The translations under genes and the position numbers were made by a program. The notes under the pieces were generated by a model. It made no database searches, was not told the origin of the DNA, and saw nothing but the letters and a program-made list of their open reading frames with translations. From IMG/VR virus record IMGVR_UViG_3300008110_010375: DNA of 64,000 nucleotides; one strand, written 5' to 3'. Origin of the DNA: a virus. Positions 58,008 through 64,000 of this stretch are shown here, piece after piece (within the stretch, counting starts at the first letter, position 1; each line of letters opens with the position of its first letter).

Positions 58008-59105
58008 ATGGCAGCGCTACTTAAAATAAACACGGCTACCAGTCCGGTCTCACTGAAGCAGGCTTTAGGCACTGACTACGACTACGCGGTCGACCTTATA
58101 CTTACGCAGCTCATCGCGTCGTCGTCGAACGCCAACATAACGGTGAATCCTGCGAACACGACGGGATTGACCCTGATAGGCACCTTCACCGATACGTATC
58201 TAAACGCGAATCCGGGTGATCACCCCATCGGCACGACACCGCTCTCTGTGACCTACAACTTCTACCAAGACCAGCAGGCGGCAGCTGAGACCATCACCAG
58301 ACCCGTTGAGTTCGACACCGGCATCAAGGAGCAGAACGACACCGCTCTCAACGCCGACTTGATCTCAACGGCACTCGCGAATTTAGTCTCCGCGGGCGTG
58401 GGTTCATACGCGCTCCAGACGAGCTCGCCGGTCGGCGGCACATGGGTCTCAACATCTACGATCACAAACACCCTCGACGCTTCGACCACGAACAGCACCC
58501 AGCTTTGGAAGAAGACAGCGGCGGCTTCGACCCCTTCAACCCTACGTCCGATCAAGCTCAATACGGCCACTTCTCCGATCTCATTGAAGGAGATGTCGGA
58601 CGCTGAGATTCAATCGCTCGCGACAAGACTCAAGAACAGGATCGTCGCGACGGGCATAGGAACCTATAAAGTTCAAGCCACCACGCCGGCCGGCGGAACT
58701 TGGGTTACATCGGGCACCGCGTTCTTGGACACGACCAGGACTTCATCGGCCTTATCATACTCTGGTACGTATTCGGGTACGTACACCGGAACTTACAGTG
58801 GAACCTACAGTGGAACCTACTCAGGCACCTACACCGGAAGCTACACCGGCTCATACACCGGAAACTACACCGGTGGATACGTCCCGTTCTACAACGGCTT
58901 CGCCGGTCCTACGTACTTTGGTACGTACACGGGCTTCTATACTGGAACGTATACAGGAAACTACACCGGCAATTACACCGGTTCTTACACCGGTTCTTAC
59001 ACCGGATCATATACGGGAAGTTACACAGGCGGCTACACCGGCGATACGTTAAATAACGACAGCAGCACTGTTTCAACAATATACCTTTGGGTAAGGACGG
59101 CATAA
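58008..59105 (+). CDS. Virion protein with Y(T/S)Gx tetrapeptide repeat region
   Basis: Two duplicated N-terminal domains, then two runs of YxGx repeats around a unique loop. Confidence 0.7.
   Translation: MAALLKINTATSPVSLKQALGTDYDYAVDLILTQLIASSSNANITVNPANTTGLTLIGTFTDTYLNANPGDHPIGTTPLSVTYNFYQDQQAAAETITRPVEFDTGIKEQNDTALNADLISTALANLVSAGVGSYALQTSSPVGGTWVSTSTITNTLDASTTNSTQLWKKTAAASTPSTLRPIKLNTATSPISLKEMSDAEIQSLATRLKNRIVATGIGTYKVQATTPAGGTWVTSGTAFLDTTRTSSALSYSGTYSGTYTGTYSGTYSGTYSGTYTGSYTGSYTGNYTGGYVPFYNGFAGPTYFGTYTGFYTGTYTGNYTGNYTGSYTGSYTGSYTGSYTGGYTGDTLNNDSSTVSTIYLWVRTA
58758..59045 (+). repeat. Degenerate 12-nt tandem repeat (tacaccggnnnn) encoding YTGx
   Basis: Seen directly in both DNA and translation. 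Confidence 0.9.
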
Positions 59106-59106
59106 C

Positions 59107-59541
59107 ATGGCAAGGAAGATCATAAATCCTAGGTGGGCTAACGACGAGAAGACCGTGATTCTCGCTACCTTCAGGTACGACGACGGTCGTGAACTGGTTG
59201 CTTCCATCAGCAACGTCAACGATACGTTGAATCCCGATTGGAAGGAGATCATGGACACGTTCGGCGTTGAGCACCTTGATCAGAACACGGGCGACGCCCT
59301 TGAGAGCCACATGAAGCGTAAAGCTGAGAGGGCTGAGCGCGCGAAGATCGATCAAGATCGCGCCATCAAGGAGCAGCTGTTCAACCTCAAGGCTGAGGCG
59401 TTCGACATGGAGATCGTGAAGAACTCTAAGAATCGCGACATCAAGAACAAGATTCGCCGCGCAGCGACTCCAACTGAAGTCTTGGTCTACACCGCGCTTC
59501 TTCACATGCTCGAGGACCCGTTGGCCAAACCGACGGCTTGA
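59107..59541 (+). CDS. Hypothetical protein, possible fibre assembly chaperone
   Basis: NPRWANDEKTVI start; helical C-terminus; follows the repeat protein. Confidence 0.45.
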   Translation: MARKIINPRWANDEKTVILATFRYDDGRELVASISNVNDTLNPDWKEIMDTFGVEHLDQNTGDALESHMKRKAERAERAKIDQDRAIKEQLFNLKAEAFDMEIVKNSKNRDIKNKIRRAATPTEVLVYTALLHMLEDPLAKPTA

Positions 59542-59542
59542 T

Positions 59543-60292
59543 ATGAACGGATTCCTATACGTAGCTTCGCAGAGCTCGGCCTACTACAAGGCGGCCGTGC
59601 ACTCAGCCATATCACTGCGCGACAACTATCCTGAAGCAAACATAACCCTGTTTACCCACGAAGTGCTTCTTCAGGAGTCGGATCGCAAGTACTTCGATAA
59701 GATCGAGACTGGGATCCCGATCCATAAGCGCGCCAAGATGTACGCGATGGCTAGAACACCGTACGAGAACACGCTCTACCTAGACGCAGATACTGAGATT
59801 AGATCAGAGAATATCAAAAAAGTATTTGACATCCTAGGTAAGAATGATATAATGTTTACTAGGATTATACCAAAAGTTTCTAAAGACACCGTCATCGATA
59901 GGAACAACAACCTTGAATACCACGGCGGTGTGATCCTCTACAACTCAAAGAAGCTTACCCTGCAGCTGATGCAGGATTGGTATGAGACCTACCTGATCCA
60001 AGACACGTGCCAGTGGGATCAGAGTCCATTCGCGAAGTACAACCCAAGGATGAAGCCGTGGGATCAGTTCACCATCTGGTACCTGTTGAACGCCGATCCT
60101 AAGTACAAGAAGGTGAAGCACGCGATGTTTCCCAGCGGCGGGCACTCGTATAACTTTATAAATCTACTTGAGAACTACGAGGAGTTCAACGAGGTTGAAC
60201 AGATCGTATATCACTACACAATTCCACGTGACAGGGTCGCCAATGCTTTCTATATCTCGCCTAAATCCGGATTTAACTCGAATTTTAACTGA
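59543..60292 (+). CDS. GT-A glycosyltransferase (nucleotide-diphospho-sugar transferase)
   Basis: GFLYVA, TPYENTLYLDADT (DxD), HGGV, WDQF. Confidence 0.75.
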   Translation: MNGFLYVASQSSAYYKAAVHSAISLRDNYPEANITLFTHEVLLQESDRKYFDKIETGIPIHKRAKMYAMARTPYENTLYLDADTEIRSENIKKVFDILGKNDIMFTRIIPKVSKDTVIDRNNNLEYHGGVILYNSKKLTLQLMQDWYETYLIQDTCQWDQSPFAKYNPRMKPWDQFTIWYLLNADPKYKKVKHAMFPSGGHSYNFINLLENYEEFNEVEQIVYHYTIPRDRVANAFYISPKSGFNSNFN

Positions 60293-60902
60293 GTTCAGCG
60301 ACTTCTTCTACGGCCGCGACTTCAGCCACCTCGAGCCGCTCATCGGTTCCAACGAGAAGATGAGGAACGTAAGCGTTAAGTCTCTGGCGCATGAAGCCGT
60401 GAGCGAGACCTACCTTCGCGAAGCGCTGAAGCAGCCTCCGATCAAGCACGGCTTCCCTAGGCACTCTTGGGGGTTGGAGCTCGTCATGGATCGCAGGTAC
60501 ATCGAGGACAAGGAGCTTCTTGATAAAGCCGCGGCCGCGAACAGCAAGCTGATGAACTTCTTCGGCGCGCGAAACAACGCGCTCCAGATGTTCTATCCGG
60601 CGGGAGGCTACATCGGTTGGCATAACAACTGCAACGCTCCGGGATACAACATCGTCCTATCATGCAACCCTGAGGCGAAGGGCTACTTCGAGCACTATGA
60701 CCACGTCAACGATAAGTTCGTGAGGTTCGACGACGCGGCGGGCTGGAACTGCAAGGTCGGGTACTTCGGTTCCGACAAGGAAGATAAAAAGATCTACTGG
60801 CACTGCGCCTACACCGACAGCCCGCGCTTGACCTTCAGCTACGTCATCTACGACAAGAACATCTGGGCGGACATGGTCGATGACATTGGAACGCCCGATT
60901 AA
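60243..60902 (+). CDS. 2OG-Fe(II) oxygenase-like protein
   Basis: FYPAGGYIGWHNN ... WHCAY...RLTFSY (HxN...H...RxT). Confidence 0.6.
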   Translation: MLSISRLNPDLTRILTEFSDFFYGRDFSHLEPLIGSNEKMRNVSVKSLAHEAVSETYLREALKQPPIKHGFPRHSWGLELVMDRRYIEDKELLDKAAAANSKLMNFFGARNNALQMFYPAGGYIGWHNNCNAPGYNIVLSCNPEAKGYFEHYDHVNDKFVRFDDAAGWNCKVGYFGSDKEDKKIYWHCAYTDSPRLTFSYVIYDKNIWADMVDDIGTPD

Positions 60903-61647
60903 ATTCATATGTTTGAAGTGGGGTGATAAGTATGGACCCGAGTACGTCAACAGGCTTCATGAGTCAATACGCAGGTTCTATCGCAAGCCTCATCGCTTTC
61001 TTTGTTTTACTGATGACGCTCGAGAGCTTCGGCCGGAAATAGAAGTAAGGGACATAGAGCTCCTACGAACGGTGAAGAACGACTGCTTCACGATGGAGAA
61101 GTTGTTCCTGTTCGAAGGCCTCGACTTCGAAGGTCCATACGTCCTTCTCGACATAGACATACTCATACAGTCCGACTTGACCGCGTACTTCGACGAGTAT
61201 CGCTTCGAGGAGCCGAGGTTCTCTATAAGCGCGAGACCGCACACCGACGTCGACTACGTAAAGATCGCTCCCGTATTCAAAGACTATGGGACCTGCTACG
61301 TCAACAGCTCGTTCGTGACTTGGGACGGAGACCAGCTGAAGTGGCTGCCTGAGTTCTACTTAAAGAACAAGACCATCATCGACTACAAGTACAAAGACCT
61401 CGACACGTTCTTGTTTCACACTGTGTTGAGGAGGCTGAAGTTTCACCCGAGATCGATGATATACTCCTTCAATCATGAGAAGGGTTGGCTCGATTCACCT
61501 ATAGTCATGTTCAACACCTCGCACGGAAGGGGCGTCGAGCTGCACGAGGGACCTACTTGGGCTCGAGACCTGTGGGAATCGTTCGATAGTGTATCAAGAT
61601 CCGTTCGTCTTCCAGACGAACCTGCTTCTGAGCGGCCGTCGTCATGA
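60880..61647 (+). CDS. GT-A glycosyltransferase (KWGxKY family)
   Basis: ICLKWGDKYGPEYVNRL, CFTD, LDIDIL, NSSF. Confidence 0.78.
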   Translation: MTLERPIKFICLKWGDKYGPEYVNRLHESIRRFYRKPHRFLCFTDDARELRPEIEVRDIELLRTVKNDCFTMEKLFLFEGLDFEGPYVLLDIDILIQSDLTAYFDEYRFEEPRFSISARPHTDVDYVKIAPVFKDYGTCYVNSSFVTWDGDQLKWLPEFYLKNKTIIDYKYKDLDTFLFHTVLRRLKFHPRSMIYSFNHEKGWLDSPIVMFNTSHGRGVELHEGPTWARDLWESFDSVSRSVRLPDEPASERPSS

Positions 61648-62200
61648 TCTTCTTTGGAAAGTAGGCGACCCTTCCGTACTTATTGATGAATGTGTCGTCA
61701 CCGTAGTGCTCAGTCGTGTGCTTGAATATGTCGGACATAAGCATCTCAAAGAGGTAGTGGTGTGAGTCTCCCACCCATCCCATGACGGATGAGTTCCCGT
61801 TGCAGAAGAACCTCTCCTTGTTCTTTTGATCGAGCTTATCGACGAGCCTCCACCACTTCTCATCCTTCCAAACGGTGTCGACAACTTTGAGAACGCCCTG
61901 CCTCACCTCATCGACGAGGAAGTTAACGTTTCCCCTGATCAGCGTATCAAGGTCGAAGTATAAGTTGACTCCGGGACCGCTCACTTCGCGGCTGAAGAGT
62001 GCCACCTTGTTCCACCAAGTATCGAGCTCGAACCTCGTCGCGTCTATGAACTCGATGGGTCTGTCGGTCTTCCACTCAGAATCGGTCAAGCATATGAACT
62101 TGAAGTTACGCGTTAAATACTTACGAACTTGGTCGTAGAGCCTCTCGACGTGCTCGATTGAGTACGATGGTTTTACCAATACACAGTATACGTTTATCAT
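61553..62200 (-). CDS. GT-A glycosyltransferase (same family, opposite strand)
   Basis: MINVYCV...YSIEHVERL, ICLTD, WWNKVALF, YFDLDT, NSSVMGW, YGDD. Confidence 0.78.
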   Translation of the reverse strand: MINVYCVLVKPSYSIEHVERLYDQVRKYLTRNFKFICLTDSEWKTDRPIEFIDATRFELDTWWNKVALFSREVSGPGVNLYFDLDTLIRGNVNFLVDEVRQGVLKVVDTVWKDEKWWRLVDKLDQKNKERFFCNGNSSVMGWVGDSHHYLFEMLMSDIFKHTTEHYGDDTFINKYGRVAYFPKKIMTTAAQKQVRLEDERILIHYRTIPTGLEPK

Positions 62201-62909
62201 GGATGAGACAGTCAAGTTTATAGTTTTGAAGTGGGGAACCAAGTACGGTCCTGAATACGTTAACAGGCTATTTAGGACGATAAAGGCTACGTACTCAGGT
62301 CCGTTTGAGTTCTACTGCTTCACCGACAACAGCCGCGGCGTTGAGTGCAGGACGTATCCGATCGAGATGCTTCCGCACTTCAACTCAAACGTATTTACCG
62401 CCTGCAAGCTCGATCTCTTCAACAAGATCCCGTTCAAGGGTCCGTACTGCTTCCTCGACTTAGACGTCTTGGTGCTCAAGGACTTGAAGCCCTACTTCGA
62501 TGAGTACGGATTCAAGGAGCCTCGGATGATCTACAACTACTGGACCGAGATCGAGAGGATCTACAAGTCGTACTACACGGGCGACTGCTACGTCAACAGC
62601 TCGTTCGTGACTTGGACGGACGACCAGCTCAAGTGGATGTATCAGAAGTTCTTTGAGAACAAAGAAGTCATCGGATATAGGTTTAAGACACTGGATAAGT
62701 TCATCTACTACAGCAGCCGCAAGCAGATGAACTATCATCCCCGTGGGATCGCCTATGCGTACAGCTTCGGCGCCGAGTATCCAAACGACCTCGAACCATA
62801 CAAATTGCGCGATCAGTACGTAGCTATCTTCAACACTTCACACAAGAAAGGCGTCGAGCTTCACGACGCGGATGGATGGGCTAGAGATGTTTGGACCCGG
62901 CACGACTGA
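62199..62909 (+). CDS. GT-A glycosyltransferase (paralogue of 60880-61647)
   Basis: LKWGTKYGPEYVNRL, CFTD, LDLDVL, CYVNSSFVTW. Confidence 0.78.
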   Translation: MDETVKFIVLKWGTKYGPEYVNRLFRTIKATYSGPFEFYCFTDNSRGVECRTYPIEMLPHFNSNVFTACKLDLFNKIPFKGPYCFLDLDVLVLKDLKPYFDEYGFKEPRMIYNYWTEIERIYKSYYTGDCYVNSSFVTWTDDQLKWMYQKFFENKEVIGYRFKTLDKFIYYSSRKQMNYHPRGIAYAYSFGAEYPNDLEPYKLRDQYVAIFNTSHKKGVELHDADGWARDVWTRHD

Positions 62910-63519
62910 GCTTGACTACATCAAGGACTTGGATAAGATCCACGGAGAGATCTTCAAGCACCTCAACAGCCGAGGGCTTGAGTACGTCTACAGACTCTAC
63001 GCCATGCACAACGATCCAAAGATGCGAAACCGCAACTTCATAGCGATGGATCGCATACGCGCCAACTTCAAGAAGCTCGATAGGGTCGCCATAGTCGGAA
63101 GCAGCAGCCCGATCGCATTGACGCACTTCCTCAAGAAGGAGTACAATGCGAAGGTCACCCTCGTCTCGGACCATCCGTCGTTCGAGCTGTCGATCGGTTT
63201 CTTTGAGAGGTTCTTCAAAGCCGAGACGATCTTCAAGAGCGTCTTCTTCGAGGACGTCGACCTGAGCGGTTTCGACCTAGTCGTCCTGCCGGAGTTCGAG
63301 TACCTAGTTCCCTTGGATATGTTGAATCACGTGCACTTCGGCGACTCACTGATACTCGCCCTTCAGCACATCCAGCACGTCAACGATCACAACAGTCGAC
63401 ACGTGGTGATGAGCGTCGAAGACCTGCTTGAGCTTCTGAACCTTAAGCCGGTCTTTGAATCCGGCTCAGAGCTCAACATCGACGGAAGGAACGTCTACTA
63501 CGCCTTAGGTACGCGCTGA
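62872..63519 (+). CDS. Rossmann-like / degenerate methyltransferase-like protein
   Basis: RVAIVGS, FDLVV, EYL; start position uncertain. Confidence 0.4.
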   Translation: MDGLEMFGPGTTELDYIKDLDKIHGEIFKHLNSRGLEYVYRLYAMHNDPKMRNRNFIAMDRIRANFKKLDRVAIVGSSSPIALTHFLKKEYNAKVTLVSDHPSFELSIGFFERFFKAETIFKSVFFEDVDLSGFDLVVLPEFEYLVPLDMLNHVHFGDSLILALQHIQHVNDHNSRHVVMSVEDLLELLNLKPVFESGSELNIDGRNVYYALGTR

Positions 63520-63999
63520 CTTCTTCTTCATCTCGATGTAGAGTCTATCGAGACTGTCCTTCTTCAGGGTCACAAGCTCGCAGCCGTACCTTTCCGAGAG
63601 AGTGAACGCGTCCTTGAAGCTCCATGGATAGATGTCGATGTAGTAGCCGCGTGGGTGATTCACGCCTGTGTTCGCCCTGATGTATATCGACCCACCCTTC
63701 TCGGTCAAATCGATCACCTTCTTCATCCTCACCTCGATGTCCTCAAACTGACCAAAGTTCACGCTTCCAAAGACTATCACGTGATCGTAGCTCTCGTTTG
63801 GAACGTCGAAGTCTAGGATGTCGACCATGTAGTCCGCGGCCTTGTTGGCTATATCGATCCCGATTAAGTTGTTGATCTTCCCCTTGAACAGGTTGTACCC
63901 GCAGCCGACGTCTAAGACCGAACGGGGGTTCCTTGAGTTGATGAGGTCAACGATCTTCCAACCGGTGTACTCGAACTCATCGGTCCTAGGAAACCAAGT
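63505..63999 (-). CDS. Class I SAM-dependent methyltransferase, 5'-partial
   Basis: The open frame extends to the window edge: VLDVGCGYN...IGIDI...YDHVIVFGSVNFG. Confidence 0.75.
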   Translation of the reverse strand, partial: TWFPRTDEFEYTGWKIVDLINSRNPRSVLDVGCGYNLFKGKINNLIGIDIANKAADYMVDILDFDVPNESYDHVIVFGSVNFGQFEDIEVRMKKVIDLTEKGGSIYIRANTGVNHPRGYYIDIYPWSFKDAFTLSERYGCELVTLKKDSLDRLYIEMKKKSART

Positions 64000-64000
64000 T

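Noticed and set aside
58758-59045. Repeat array as CRISPR or as a DGR variable region
   Set aside because: 12-nt in-frame coding units without spacers; no cas genes, reverse transcriptase or template repeat in the window

Overview
A 64 kb segment of a large T4-like myophage. An alphaproteobacterial host is inferred from its circularly permuted two-piece tmRNA (27579-27910; tag ANDNNASRYALAA). Layout: (1-12.6 kb) modification enzymes, putative internal-head polyproteins, Dps, virion proteins and spanins; (12.6-20 kb) primase, class II ribonucleotide reductase, RuvC-like nuclease, glutaredoxin, holin and a glycosyltransferase; (20-22.5 kb) a divergent early region built on an inverted promoter repeat enclosing three repeats spaced 39 nt apart; (22.5-31 kb) RNase H, PhoH, exonuclease, tmRNA, radical SAM, gp33/59/32; (31-58 kb) the baseplate/tail module (tape measure, gp51/26/54/2/4/48/53, a gp5 split into three genes, gp25/6/7/8, fibres); (58-64 kb) a Tyr-(Thr/Ser)-Gly-x repeat virion protein followed by a chaperone-like gene, four glycosyltransferases, a 2OG-Fe(II)-like oxygenase and methyltransferases. 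The best candidate for an undescribed system is phage-encoded post-translational decoration of the virion (glycosylation/hydroxylation/methylation), supported by Asn- and N-x-S/T-rich structural proteins. Also notable: a lambda G/GT-style -1 frameshift site joining gp26 and gp51, a conserved gene split by an AT-rich insert, and a long structured tmRNA intervening segment. All product calls come from motif recognition and synteny; no database searches were run.
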